Below, in pieces: positions 25,805-39,881 of a stretch of DNA of 64,000 nt. Numbering within the stretch: the stretch's first letter is position 1; each line of letters begins with the position of its first letter. A program made the translations under genes and the position numbers. Source of the DNA: Isurus oxyrinchus (lineage: Eukaryota). A model generated the notes under the pieces. The model ran no database searches, was not told the DNA's origin, and saw only the letters and a list, made by a program, of their open reading frames with translations. Where the stretch lies: contig JANJGN010000023.1 of the NCBI GenBank assembly GCA_026770705.1, positions 13,578,001-13,642,000 of the forward strand, given 5' to 3'.

Positions 25805-28780
25805 GCAAACCACCACAGATGTACTGTGGCCTGCATATTATTTAAATATATCTTTCTCTTCCTCTCCTGGGCACCCAGGCCCCAGCTTGGGTACATTTTC
25901 ATGGGAATGAGCGCCTTCTTGTACCTCATCAAAACATCCATTCTTTGCATGTAAACCAAGACAGCAAATGTCCTCCCCCATACTTGCCAGCAGGGGTCAC
26001 TGGCTAGAGCAGAAAGCTTGGCTAATTTACCTCAGTTACAGCATACCGACTGCCACCTTGGCCAAGGCAAGTTCGTTCCTGTTGAGGTCCATTTCTTCAG
26101 GCGCTCCTGGTGCTTCATTCATGATTAGGGTAAGGTATTAAATGACCACACAGAACATTTCCTGATGATGCCAACAATCTGTTTCCATACAGAGCTATAC
26201 TCTAAAATATGATGTTTACAGAATACCGTTCATGCAAATTTCACCCATCAAAGTGTAAGGCAAATTACTCTGGTACTTTTGATAACGCTATCCCTGCCTG
26301 GAGCAGACCTGTTGAAACAGCTCAGGAGTTATCTTTTAATAGGTTAGGGTATTTACTTACTGCTACAAGAAAGGAATCCAAAGTCTTTAATTTGCTTCAG
26401 CTGACAAAATATTTCAAATCTGACTCATGTGCACTATCATGACAAGAGGAGTTCAGGGATTGAGAGTGCTATTTACAAGACTACACAATCATTTGGTCAT
26501 TTCTCACTTAGGCAGGCTGGAGAACAGCTTCCCTCATGCTCCTTATGCACAGAGCCCTGAAGATTGGGAAAGTCTAATTTTTAAAAAAAAAATGTTTTTT
26601 CGACATCGAATAAGTAAATATCACAGCCAGACAAATGTGATTCAGCTGCTACCTGTCGCAGCAGGCAGTGGTGTATATCAAAGCAATAAGCTAGAAATGT
26701 CCCACAGCGCCCAGGAGATGATAAGGGCTCATTTTGAAATAAATATTGCTGCTAAACTGACTGAGGCAGGAGTTCCTAATTACACCCATTACCAGGATGT
26801 ATGGACACCAAGGGATAGCTAGAGGGAACAATGCAGTAACACTATCAGTCCTCATAGATTTTATATCATAGATTGAAGAATTGTACTGTCTGATTTCAAA
26901 GGGATCTATGAATTCTCCACCTCCAGTGTACATGTTTTCCCTCTTAACACAAGCTTTCCCTAGCTGTCTCCCCATCAGCAAAACAAAATCCCTCTTTGTT
27001 GGGTGTTGAATTTGGATTAAATGTTTTTTTTAAAGTTAGATCAGTGTTGTCACTGTGGTATAGAAAAAAGTACACTTAAGCCAAATCCCTTGAAGTTGTG
27101 AACATAGTTCTTCTGTGATAGTTTTAATTCATCAGCTCAAATTGCTCCCAGCACATATACTGCTAGTAACAGATTTCTAGCCACCAGTATTTCCAGTGTC
27201 TTCAGGAATAGCCCAAGCTTGAAAGGGCAGCATTTTAAAAAATTAACTATTGTTGAGTGTTTTTTGTACTTTAAACGAATATATTAAGATTGTGTTTTTA
27301 TTGGTTGATGGGATGTAGCATCACTGGCAAGGCCAGCATTTGTTGCCCATCCCTAATTGTCCTTGGATTCGAGTGACTGATATCTATTATCATATTTTAA
27401 ATAGACACACAATAAGCTGCACTAAGGAGTTCAACTACCATAGAATTCCTTGCATTTCCACTGAAAAACAAAGAGGGAAAGAAACAAAATCACATGCCAG
27501 GCTACAAACTATAAGATTTTCTGAACTATCTTTTTTTTAAAAAAATCAATATTCTCATGTTTCTGTTGATTAAAGGGGTTAAGTCTGAACCCTTAATCAA
27601 ATGTGACCTTCTTGAGTGGAGGAAGAGATTCATCAAACCCATCTGCTACAACAACAAAGGGAATGAGATGTGACAAGCAGCGCAAAATAATGGAGAAGAT
27701 GAATGGCACACGCTGCCTAGACAAGAGGCAACCCTAACTACAGACTCCTTTCAGAAAAGAAAATGTCTTAACCTTTTGAAACTAAATAGCTATTGGCATG
27801 TCCTTCAGCTGCTAACTGTAATTTCTAAAATAAAATCTGGATTTTCACTGAAATGTTAACAATCCGTCAATGACCTTTAACCCTTTGAGGACTGCAGTTG
27901 CTTGCTTCAACCAAAATCTAATACATTAGGTATAACCGAAGAATACTACCAGTTAAAGGCTCCATTAGTCAGAAGTCTATCGTTGCAGGCAAAAACTTCA
28001 ATGAGAAGACTTCTCTACAGTGCTCCCATAAAAACACATGAACAATGACTGCTACCCCCATTACAGACCCCTACAATGGCCCTTATAATGCAAGTGGCAA
28101 CACCAGGAGCATGCTAGCTCCATCCCTCATTTTATCTCATTACTGAAACTGGATTACTTTGCTTGATAAGTCCCAGCTTATTTAATTGGACAATCATACA
28201 TCACATTTTCAGCTAAGGTTTCTTGTAGAAGTGACAGGAACACGTTTGGATTTTTTTTTGAACCCAGTTCTTCTGCAGCACTCTGATTCAGTCACATTTA
28301 TTCTCATGTATTATTTGCTATCCTTTTGTCTATCTACATCTATTAACACATTAACATTCTCACAATTATACATGCTTCGTGTAGCCTTTTTACATTATAT
28401 ATTCCTATGTCCACATTTATATGGGAAACTGCCTTAGTAGTCTTGTTATGCTGTAATTACAACCCGACAGTGGTGGTTCTTCACTGCAAGTTTTGCATCT
28501 TGCAACTCCTTAGTTTGCACTGTAGGCTGACTCATGTTCCAACCAACATCGCTTCACTGCTTTCCAAATTACCATAAATTTTCCTATTTAATTAGAAACA
28601 GTTATATAAAATCGAAGTGTTACGCAAAAAATAAAGACAAAATACATGGTTTAAAAATGGAAATTGAATTATATCTGTGTGCCTTGATCCAATTAATCCT
28701 TTTATTTCACCAGGAGACTACAGTTGGTCGTGACTTCTTTGGGATGATCTTCATATTAGAGCAAAAAAAAAAGCAGAATA

Positions 28781-29210
28781 AAAGACTTACATTTAGAAAG
28801 CATAAGGTGCCTCAAAGTACTTTATAGTTAATTAAGTACTTTTGAAGTGTAGTCAATACGGTAACATAGGAAAAAATGGCTACCAACCCCCGCACACCTA
28901 GCTCCCAGAAAACAACATGATAATGGCCAGTTTTTTGTGATGTTGATTAAGAGATACATATTGGCCAAGATAATGGGGATAACTCCCCTCCTCTTCTTTG
29001 AGATAGTACTGTCAATCTTTACACGATTCGAGGGGGAAATGGGGTCTCAGCTTAACACCTCATCTGAAAGAGGGGCACACCTCTGACCATGCAGCACTTC
29101 CACAATATTTCACTGGAGAGTCAGCTTTGATTTTTGTGCTCAAGTCCTGGGGTGGCACTTGAACCCACAACCTCTGTCTCAGAGAGGGGAGTGATACCCA
29201 TGCTGACACA
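28781..29210 (-). mobile_element. Near full-length Deu-domain tRNA-SINE (SacSINE1-like)
   Basis: tRNA-like head with B-box-like GGGTTCAAGTGCC at the high-coordinate end, central domain and L2-type tail; collinear with 58133-58575. Confidence 0.7.
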
Positions 29211-29787
29211 AAATATCTCTGCACAAGTGATTCCTTGAATCTTTCCGATTGGGTTCCCTGCTGGTATCACAAAATTGGGTTTTATATATATGAAATTAAA
29301 TATATTGGATATGACTTGCTACAAACAACACCATCATCACTTGAAATACAAATATTTCAAAATAATTACAGCACAGAAACAAAGCTCAACAGGTCTATAC
29401 CAGGATTTATGCTGCACAAATCTCCTCCCACCCACTCTTTATTTAACACCATCAACATACCACTCTATTCCTTTCTCTCCTGTATGCTTATTTAACTACC
29501 CATTAAATGGATCTATGCTATTCGTCTCATGGTATTAATACATTCTAAGTAGGATATAATTTGTAAAAGAACCACATATTTGTAAGATGTCTTACATTTT
29601 CTTCCCTATTCTTCTCCTTAGGCCTCTGTGCCAGAAAACCACTAAGAAACCACTTGGTAAGCAACTTTCTGCCACACTTTAGCCAGGAGTTGCAACTAAC
29701 TACAACTTGCATTTATACATTATCCTTAATGCAGTAAAACACCCAAGGCACTTCACTGTAGCAGTATTAAATAAGATCCAACACCTA

Positions 29788-30924
29788 GGGGAGAATTTTC
29801 TCCCCATCGGCCGGGCCGGTTCAGAGCGGGCACAGAGCCGATCACCGCCTGTGTGCCGCCATTTTACATGGACAGGCCAATTAAGGCCCACCCAGCGTGA
29901 CATGCACCCGGTACCTGTACGGGCGGGGGGGAGGAGGGAGAGTCGGGGCCTGCAGTCTTTCATGCACACGCGCAGAAATCTGTAGGCACGGAGCTGCCTC
30001 AAGGAGATTAAGTACATGTTGAAGAGTTGGAAAAATAGAGTAAATAAAATCATTCAGACATGTCACATGAGCTGGAACATGTTATGAATTTTAAGAACAT
30101 TTTTTATTTAATTAATAAAACCTTCATGAAACCTCATCCCGCCTGTGGATGAGGTTTCACGAGAAATGCAAAGGCTGCCTGGGCTCATCGCCTGCCCGAC
30201 AACTTTATTGCCCACATACTCAACCTATTTGCAAACTCCTCATGTGTCCTTCACAACACACTTTCCTCCCTACATACAAACAGAAAATGCTGGAACAATT
30301 CAGCAGGTCTAGCAACTTCTGTGGAAAGAGAAACTGTTACTGTTTCGAGTCTGTATGAGCCTTCTTCAGTTCTGAAGAAGGGCCATACAGTCTCGAAATG
30401 TTAACTCTGTTTCTCTCTCCACAGATGCTGCGAGACCTGCTGAGTTTTTCGAACATTTTCTGTCTTCAGTGGGTAGGGTGGGGGAGGTAAGCAGGAAGGG
30501 TGGAAGGAGTGGCAAATGGGTGAGATGGCAGGTGGATGAGGTGGTGGTTGGGAAGGGTAGCCAGGGTCAAGGGCTGATCAGGTTGGGTCAGCAGGATAGT
30601 CAGTGGTCAGGAGGATGATTGGTTGAGCGGGGTGGTGGGCTCAGGTCGGAGAGTAGTTGGAGGTTGAGTGAGAGTGATTTGTGGTGGGAGGGGGCGGGGT
30701 CAGTTCTGTACTTCGGCTAGGATTTTTCTGTCTAATCTTTCCTAGGTAACTATTCAGCTAAGTCCCATGAAATTGTCTGAAGTCTCCAACTTTGCAGAGA
30801 GAATTACCTGTTGTAAGTTAAAACTTGCTGAGCAATTCGTACAAGGTCAGCACTTCAGGACTTCCACAGGGTCCATCTTGGCTCACACGTCCAGTCTCTG
30901 ACCGGAGGCCGGAAGATCTGGGCC
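29788..30924. mobile_element. Composite of GG..AATTTT-type TIR element remnants with a nested palindrome
   Basis: GGGGAGAATTTTC start, CpG-richer segment to about 30200, G-rich tract 30470-30700, weak terminal match GAAGATCTGGGCC. Confidence 0.45.
30280..30463. mobile_element. Palindromic Penelope-like repeat with hammerhead-like cores
   Basis: Inverted arms of about 90 bp centred at 30370-30371 (CTTCTTCAG-TT-CTGAAGAAG). Confidence 0.8.
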
Positions 30925-33725
30925 ATAGTTATGTTTCAGAATGGGAATTTGGGTTAGTTCAGACATCAAGTTTACTTCTACTACTTAAATGCGTACTGTA
31001 TTTCAGTTCCAATGCACCAAAATCACATGAAAGAAAAAAATGGGTTTTACCAACTCAAACTTACTACTCAAGAGTTAAATGCAGTGCCACATATGCTGTC
31101 TTTTCTTGCCATGCATCTGCTTAAAGCAGTACCGGGCTTCACCTGGTGCTGGATCAAAATTCCATATTCCAATTCAATTCAATTCCAAAGTGCAGATATC
31201 CCCATCAAAATTTTAATTATATTTATTAGACTCTAATTGCACATACAGCATCTCAAGTGGTAGCTGCTCACGATGTATGTTAGGCAAAAACCACTCGATT
31301 CCAATTCCAGTTCTGTTACATACTATCCTTCACTTACCTGTGGATCTCATCCAGGCTAAAGGTGATGAACAATGTGGTGCCATGCCGGATCTGTTTTAAT
31401 AACAATGGGGGCTGCTCAAGATCTCTCCTGTATTAAACAGACCCCATTATATATAATTTTATTAAAACATTTCTTTCCTATTAAGATTAAAATGGGCTGA
31501 TCATTAAATGTAGTAGAAATTCCTGAAATTGTTCAGAAGGAATTAAAAATTGATATAAAAAAGGTTGAAACTGTGTACTGTGGTTTAGCTTCAGATTTTA
31601 AAAAAAGCTTACACAGTATCTTAGCTGGCTCCCCTGATGATGCAATGAGTTTATTCAGTGAGTAGAGGCAATATGAGAAGCTACTATTCCTTGCCTGTCC
31701 TAACTTGGTGGATCTCATTCAGTTGGTGTGGTAGATACTACTGGCCATAGCTTCTTCAGGTTAAAAAAGGAACACTGACTGTGATTCTCACTCCTGATTG
31801 ATTTTGATTGGCTCTTGCTGAAAGTAGACATATGTGGTATCAGGTAAGGAGTGGACTGGAATTGTTACAATGCCCATTTCATTACATCTCATCTCCCCCG
31901 CCATGACTCAATGGCCCTCCAACACTTGACTAGCTTGGCCATTGCAATAAATAACGGTCAGATGGGGGAGGCAAAGGAGCACACCTAGCACCAGTGGAAG
32001 TTTGTGCCAGTAAGGAGTTATTAACGCAAGGAATAAATGCCTTCAAGAAATGAGGGGATGATAAGAAAATTAGCATTAAAGATCAGGACGAGCATTAAAA
32101 ATAAAATTTCCCATGATGTTATGTGGGAAGAAAATTGGGGAGGAGACTTGGATTAAATATTAATGTGCAATATATTTTCTTTTAAACTGTGCCTGGGGAA
32201 GCATTCGCCATAATGGAGGGCTGCTTTTACAACATACACAGTGTTAATGAGAGAAGTGCCTAAGCCTCTGCCATTTACTCCCCAATGATTCTTCTTGTTT
32301 TTCATAAAATACTTTTAACAAGTTCATTGCTCATATCTGGCTTGATTGTGTTTGTTTTGTGACCACATTTGTTTGTTGTAATCATAAATGTCGAGAGAAT
32401 TTCTGATACATCACATAATTGCCAACCACAACCCTGAGCATTCAAGGAAAATGTTAAGTGCAAAATAAACTAGGAAAGGTATCAGCAAAAACAAGCAAAT
32501 CTGTACACTAAAATAATCAAAACTTCAAAACAGTGAAAGCCAGGAACAGATGATTTTTTCCTTCACCAGCTAAATCTTTTTTTTTGATTCAATGCAAACC
32601 ATCTACAAAACACTGGGCTGAAACCGGTCTCAAGAGCGAGTGTAAAATGGGCGACAGTGCATCAGCGTCTCCTTTTACAGCTTGCCCGATTTCCTTTTGG
32701 AAAAGGAAACCAGGCGGAACGTAAAGTGGGCTGGCATTTGCTGTTTTCTGTAGTAATACACAGCCAGGAAACTCATACAAGATAACAGGCAGCTAGGAAT
32801 GCATTATACACATAGTAATAAATAGCCAGGATAACAGATAACTAAGACTATCTTCTCAGATGTCTTATTTCATGTGAATAGACATAAATTTGTACAAGTG
32901 GTTCAAACTGAAGAGCTCCTATGACTACATGATTCAAACTGCAGTGATATGTGTTATCTGATTGGCATAAAATACTTGCCTAACAAGAAAACTTTGCACT
33001 TTAAAGTTTGTTATTGTTTAATCTTTGCATATGCCCCAGAACACAAAGGCAGCTATAAAATAATAATAAAAAGCACATAATATTCCATTCTTTCTTGATA
33101 TAATCCAAAACCCAGGGACGATTTCCTTCGTCCTCCTGATTAATCACCACTTTTGCCCCTCCCCTTCCCCACTGATGAAATCATAATTGACACTGTTTTC
33201 TGCTTATAGCTCTATGCCTTCTTTGCTAGCCTCTGCTCTCACAGACTACATTTCATTCAGAACAGCATGGCCATGTCCTCATCTTTGTAACATCTACACC
33301 CTTGAAAATCTCCATCTCCCAATAAATATTCGGGTGTCACATGGATCCCAGTTCAGCATTCGTGCAAACCAGTTCAGTTTTTGGATTGTGTGCCTCCACA
33401 AGTGTAAAAAAACTAATGCAGTGGGTGAAGGCAATGCCTTGTGAGCTGATCCAGGTCACTGTTCGAAAACAAGAAAATGAGCTAGTTCAGCCACTCCCAA
33501 GTAGTAACCCCATAATCAGAACAGAAGTGAAACTGTTATAGTTCCTGGCCATCAGAAGGAAGTAAAGGCAGAGATTAGTGTTGGGTCCTAAAAAAATAAA
33601 ATTGAACTCATCATTCACTGAATTTCATTGCAAGCTTCACAAGCCAAATAAAGATGAGGGAAGACATTTGTTTCATATCAGCTCATCCACCTGCAACAGA
33701 GATGTTCAAACATATTACTCCCAAT

Positions 33726-34962
33726 TAATTAACTTGCTGGAATTATTTGAGGAGGTAACAGAGAAGGTTAATGAGGGCAACACTGTTGATGTGCATGGGG
33801 ATTTTCAAAAGGCATTTGATACAGTGCCACATAACAGACTTGTGACCAAAATTCTAGCTCATGGAATAAAAGGGAAGTAGGCACTTGGATAAGAAATTGG
33901 TTGAGTGACAGGAAACAGAGAGTAGTGATAAATGATTGTTCTTCAGACTGGGGGAAGATTTGTAGTGGAGTTCTCCAGGGGTCAGTGTTGGGACCCTTGC
34001 TCTTCCTGATATATATTAATGGCCTAGACTGTGGTGCTCAAAATTTGCAGATGATACTAAGATTGGAAGCATTGTCAACTGTGATGAGGTTAGTCGTGAA
34101 CTTCAAAAGGGCATTGACATGTTGGTGGATTGGATAGACATGTGGCAGATGAAGCTCAATGCAGAGAAGTGTGAGGTGATTCACTTTGGCAGGAAGAATA
34201 TGGGTAGACAGTATAAAATAAAGGGGAAAACTCCAAAGGAGGTGCAGGAACAGAGGGACCTTGGTGTATACGTACATAAGTCATTGAAGATGGCAAGGCA
34301 TGTTGAGAGAGCAGTTAATAAAGCATATAGTACCTGAAGCTTTATTAATAGGGGCATTGGGTATAAGAGCAAGGAAGTCATGTTGAATTTGTATAAGACA
34401 CTAGCTAGGCCTCCTCTGGAGTGCTGCTTCCAGTTCTGGGCACCATACTTGAGACCTGAGGAAGGATGTGAAGGCATTGGAGAGAGTGCTGAGGAGGTTC
34501 ACAACAATGATTCTAGGGGTAAAGAACTGTAGCTATGAGGATAATTGGAGAGGTTGGGACTGTATTCCTTGGTGAAAAGAAGGCTGAGAGGAGACTTGAT
34601 AGAGGTATTCAAGACCCTGAGGGGTATGGACAAGGTAAATAGTGAGAAACTGTTCTCACTCAAGAAAGTACCAAGAACCAGAGGGCACAGATTCAAAATA
34701 ATTGGCAAAAGGAGTAGTAGTGCTGAGAAAAAATTATTTCACCCGAGGGTGGTTGGAGTCTGCAACAAACTTCCTAAGAGTGTGGTGGAGGCAGGTTGAA
34801 TCGAAGTATTCAAAAGGAATTGAACTGCTATCTGAAAAGAAAACACGTGCAAGGTTATGGGGATAAGGCAGGAGAGTGGGACTAGGCAGAATGCTCTTTC
34901 AGAGAGCCAGTCGAGATTCAATGAGCTGAATGGCCTCCTGCGTTGTAAATATTCCGTGATTC
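33726..34962 (+). mobile_element. 5'-truncated CR1 LINE (RT domain to 3' tail)
   Basis: LINLLELFEEVT..DFQKAFDTVPH..SGVLQGSVLGPLLFLIYIN..FADD..WQMKLNAEKCEVIHFG..RRLRGDLIEVFK..TRGHRFK across broken frames; tail ATTCCGTGATTC. Confidence 0.92.
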
Positions 34963-35556
34963 AATTATACTTGCATGGCATTCTCCAAATTCTAACCCAC
35001 TGTTTTGCTGCATCGCTCTGCATTCTATTGACCATTTTGACTTCACACTATGCTTCTTAACACAGAACTGCAGTCATTTCTTTCGTGCATTTTTAATTGA
35101 AAAAGAAACAGCACAAGTGAAAAATGATATACAGAACCACACCGCAAATTGCCACTCAAAATATTGCTGAATAAGCCTCCCCGATGTCTGCCTATGTAGT
35201 CAGCTAAACATCTCTGTCTCAATAATATTTTGGCAACCAGGAAAACAATTTCATTGTCAGTAATACTTAATTGGTAATGCATGAGACTTACTCATGTTAT
35301 TTGAATAAGCAGGAGAGAAAACCTCCATAGATGTTAGATTGACACAGTGGGGGGGGCGGGGGGGGTTGAGGGACAGAATCAAGGGAATGGAGCAAGAAAG
35401 AGGTCCTACACAACATGGAAAATTACACAGAAAGAAGACATAAGCAAACCTGAACAAAGTATATATCATGAAAGAGACAGAAATACTCTGAAATTCATAA
35501 GATTTGAGTTCATATAAACTCCATTATCTTGATTTAATACATTCTCAGTAGGCTTT

Positions 35557-35780
35557 TGTTTTATTCTGTGTTCAGGGTCTAGATGGGGTTTTTTGGGATT
35601 TGTCTATTCTCCCAAAAGCGGCTCGAGACTATAGTTTGTTAAAACCATTACTCTTTATTTACAGATACTATGTACATGTTAGGAACTCTGCACGAGGTTG
35701 GAACTTCCACTCCCTCCAGATCTCTGTTTCTCAATCATGTGATTACAAGAGCATCATATGCTTTAACCCTTTACTCTACA
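35557..35780 (-). repeat. 3' LTR
   Basis: On the minus strand starts TGTAGAGTAA after the purine-rich GGATAAAGACTTCGGGAAA and ends AAAACA; aligns with 39882-40122 (CCCAAAAGC.GCTCGAGACT, TTTATTTACAGATA.TATGTACAT). Confidence 0.85.
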
Positions 35781-35799
35781 TTTCCCGAAGTCTTTATCC

Positions 35800-38700
35800 T
35801 AATTATATACATCCTCGTACATCTCCATCCTAAAATCTCAGATTTCACAGGGTAAGTCTCTGAGGTGCTTGACGCATCTCCCCAATCTTGTTCTGATCTC
35901 TTTTTGAAGTCAAGGACATTTTGCACTCTCCCTTCTGTCAGTATAAGTACCCTTCTCATTGGTGGTTGCAGAGCTTTGTTTTGTGTTTAGTTCCTTAGCT
36001 CCATCAGGGTTGGAGTAGTAAGCGCAAGTTTGTATTGGCTTTTTTGCCGAGGATATTAAGATGCTGCGGTTTCTCCGTCATCCCCTGGTCTGTCTCAATC
36101 CCGTATGATCCCGGTTGTTAAGCTCTTTTGATAATTATGCTTACCTTCTGTTGGTCTCATACCCATACTCTCTCCCTGGACTTCAAAACAGATAAGTCTC
36201 GTGCTCTGTGCACGAGCCCGTTTCTTTTTCTGTTCTACCACAAGCTGTTTTTACCCTCTCGAGTTTGTTTGAGATTATATTAGGTTTTAGTTTCTGTTGC
36301 ACAGCTGGAAGTTGTGTTCTCAATGTCCTTCCCATTCCCAACTCTGATGGTGAGAAACTATTTTGTAGCGGTGAGGTTGAGTAACTCAGAGGAGCTAAAT
36401 TAAGATCTTGAGTTTTCTTCAAGTCTTTGATGGTCTGTGCATCTCTCTCAGCTTCTCCATTTGCTTCAGGATAATGAGGTGAGCTGGTTTATGTGAATTA
36501 ATCTGTATTCCTTCGCAAAATTTTGGAATAATTCATGAGCAAATTGCGGACCATTGTCTGACACCATAATGACTGGAATGCCACGTGCTGCATAAATTCT
36601 CTTCAGTGATTGAATGACTGCTTCCGCCATGCTGTGCAATCTCTTCACTTCAATCCATTTTGAGTAGTAATCAATGACAATATGAAACAACTTGCCTTTA
36701 AAATCAAATAAACCCATTGCCAGGTGTTCCGGTGAAAAGTAGAAGGTGATAGTGGTTCTTTTTGCTCTTGGCTATTCACTGCACACGTAAGACAATTAGA
36801 AATCATTTCTTCTATAGAACAAATAATGCCTGGCCACCAGTATGATTGCTGGGCTCTTGCTCAACATTTTGCTATCCCCAAGTGACCTCGGTGAAGACTC
36901 TGAAGAATATCAAGCCAAAGTGTTCTCAGAATGACTATTTAGTAATTAAAAATTAGGAAATCATCAATGATTGTGAGGTGTTTTCTCTGTTCGAAGTACT
37001 GTAGAAATACTGGATTGTTAGGAGCATAGTCTGGCCATCCTTCCAGACAGTATTTTCTTATCTGGTCACACTCATCATCTTGATGCTGTGCTTGTTTTAT
37101 CTCCTGCAACTTTTTTGCAGTAGCCGGTAGTTGTTGCATAATGACAGGTGTATATGCTTCCACTTCCTTGATGAAATGCAAATCCTCTAGATTGGTTCCT
37201 TCAGCTGGTATCCTCGATAGGGTATCAGATGTCGACTGGTACTTCCCTTGAAAGTACTCTTGTTATGGAATCATATCTCTGTAATCTTAATCTGAACTGT
37301 TGGATTCTAGGTGGCATCTTTGTAATCTCTTTCATGTTCAGAAGTTTGAATAGTGGCTTACGGTCTGTTTCAATTTTGAACCGTAATCTCATCAGGTAGT
37401 CTGAGAATTTCTCACACGCCCACGTTGTTGCCAATATTTCCTTCTCAATTGTACCATGTCTTTTCTCTGTGCCTGAGTGACCTCGAGACATAGTAAACTG
37501 GTTTAAGGATACTGTCCCACTGTGCTTGAAATAATACTGCACCCAGATCTATAGACGATGCATCTGCTGCTACTATGGTTGGTAGTTCTGGGTTGTAATG
37601 TGCCAAAACTTCAGAGGAAGTTAAAAGATTTTTGATTTTCTCAAAAGCATTTTACTGGTCCACATTCCAGCACCACTGCTGACCCTGTCCCAACAGCTGT
37701 GTCAAAAGTTCATCGATCTCTGCCAAATTTGGTAAGAACGTGCCTGCTTGGTTGGCCATCCCGAGGAATCTCTCAAGCTCAGTAACGTTCCTGGGGTGTG
37801 GAAACTCTTTGATCTTTGTTTTTCGTCAGTTGACTGCTATTCCGGATGCTTGTACAATGTGACCTGAAAATTTAATCATAGGTTTGGCAAACTCACATGA
37901 CTTTCAGGGCTGCTCTAACTCTACGGTCATGATCTTCTCTTGTGCAATCATGTACAAGTTCTTCATCCATATGGCATATTACTTCTTCCATGCCTGCTAG
38001 GGTTCGAGAGATTTTTCTTAGGAACGGATGCAGTTCTGAATGGTAATCTATCAAAACAATAATGACCAAATGGTGTTATAAAAATGGTCAGCAATCTGGA
38101 TTCTTTGTCCAGAGACAACTAATCCACTGTCTGGTGAATAAAGTTGGCTAGTTTGGCAAGATTCTCATTCACTGAGGCCATCAGGTGGATCTCACGTTCA
38201 AGTGATTTGTTGAGTTAAATCCAGGCAGATTCTAATTGAGCCATTTGGCTTTGGGGCTGTGACCATTCCTGAACACCATTTTATTGGCATGGTGACCAGT
38301 GATATAATTTCTTGCTGTTGTATCTTCTCAATTTCACCCTTGACTTTATCCAAGAGTGGGTGAGGGACTTTCTTTGCTATAAAGAGGCAAATTGGTATAG
38401 CATAAGCTTGTAGGGAGAAATGGTACTCGGTTTTCTAAAGCCTATAAATAACCTTGGAGATTCATTCCTGAATATGCTGCAGTAATGCTCATCAGCATCT
38501 TCATCAACTTTATAGCTTAACTTCAATTGTAAGCACATTTGCCTGCTTAGTAAAGAAGATTCTTGATTCTGGATGACATACAGAGATTCAATGGTTTCTC
38601 TATTTTTTTTACTTCAATTTTGCCATATGTTGGCCTATGGTTTCAAGTGTAGTCCTCCCTGGGCCCTGTAACTTGATAGATGAAGGCTACAGTGCTTAAG

Positions 38701-39640
38701 TCATTTTACTTTTTCGGATGAGACAGAAACTCTTGCCCATGTCTAATTTAAACACTGTGGGTGTCATCCACTACAGGTTTAACACCACCGTATTTATTTT
38801 CCATTTCATTTACCTCCCCTAGGAAAGTTATTTCCTTTCTCTGTGGTTCTTCCACTTCTTGTATGTGGTTTGGTTTTAATATTTTTTCCTTCTTTTTGCA
38901 GCTTGCCTGCATTTTAGATCGGCAGACTGTTTTAAAATGTTCTATTTTTCCACAGTTGTGGCATTTTGCTCCCCCTGCTGGGTTTTCTTCCACTTGTGCA
39001 GGGTTTTCCCGCCATACTGAGAGCTTTTCAAGATGGTGATTGGCACACTTTTCCCTGCTTTCACAAGCTTCTGCATTGATGCGCTCTCTCTCTTAGGGCC
39101 AACATATTGAACAGCCTCACTCATCCTTTACCATGGGACCTCGCCTTCTCCACCAGCAAACACTTTATTTTGTCTTCTGAGCTCAGTTTGTCTCCTAATT
39201 TGTGGTGCCTTGATTAGAGTCATCTAAGATCCCAACTGCTATTCAATCATGAATCAATTCATCCCTCATTATTCAGCAGTCTCAATTTCTTGCCAGCCTG
39301 TATAAATGAACAGATATTATCTTTGCTTTTGCTTGTTAAATTTTGTCCTTTCTATAATTAAACTTTTGTAAACACTGAAATATGAATCAAATGCTTGCAG
39401 AACTTATTCGTAAGAAGTTGAAGTCTCAATGACTCCCTGTCTCATTATTACGTCATTAGCAATAGTTCCAACTACATAGAGTAACGTAATGACTTGATCC
39501 TTTTGTTCTTTTCTGTGCATATCAGTAGCAGTTCTACATTTGGAAAACCTTGTTCTCCAGTTGTCTCAGTGTTGAGCCTATTGTGAGCCTTCAGCACTCC
39601 GGAATGATTTTGGGAGTAGTAATGTGGATCCATGCTGTTA
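35800..39640 (-). pseudogene. Disrupted gag-pol of the Gypsy element
   Basis: Zn knuckle CHNCGKIEHFKTVC (ORF 38748-38993), RNase H IEKEILATTWACEKF..FKIETDRKPL (37225-37542), CLEGWP linker (36939-37181), integrase core VIDYYSKWIEV..VSDNGPQF (36466-36717); many stops and frameshifts. Outer limits approximate. Confidence 0.88.
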
Positions 39641-39863
39641 CTGAGCCATGGAGTTGTTGCTGCTTCACTGGTGCTGCTTGTTGCTTCAGGTCTGTGCCCA
39701 CTATTGTCTGGACTCTAGGTGTCTCTCTCAGCTTGCATCTGCTGCACCCACAATGCTACGACGTTTTGGTACACTTTGAATCTGTTCCTATGGTCCTTCA
39801 TTCAAGGATCTCTTGACCTACCAGGTCTGTAGCTGCTTCTTCAAGTTTTATGGATCTTTCACT

Positions 39864-39881
39864 CACTGTCCTCTGCTGTGA
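39864..39881 (-). other. Degenerate primer-binding site (initiator tRNA-Met)
   Basis: TCACAGCAGAGGACAGTG directly after the 5' LTR matches TGGTAGCAGAGGATGGTT, the complement of the tRNAi-Met 3' end, at 12/18 including 9 contiguous bases. Confidence 0.6.

Noticed and set aside
31338-31427. Possible 90-nt non-coding exon on the minus strand (perfect CAG|GTAAGT donor)
   Set aside because: The acceptor is weak, such a donor is expected by chance about 0.2 times in 50 kb, and there is no other support.
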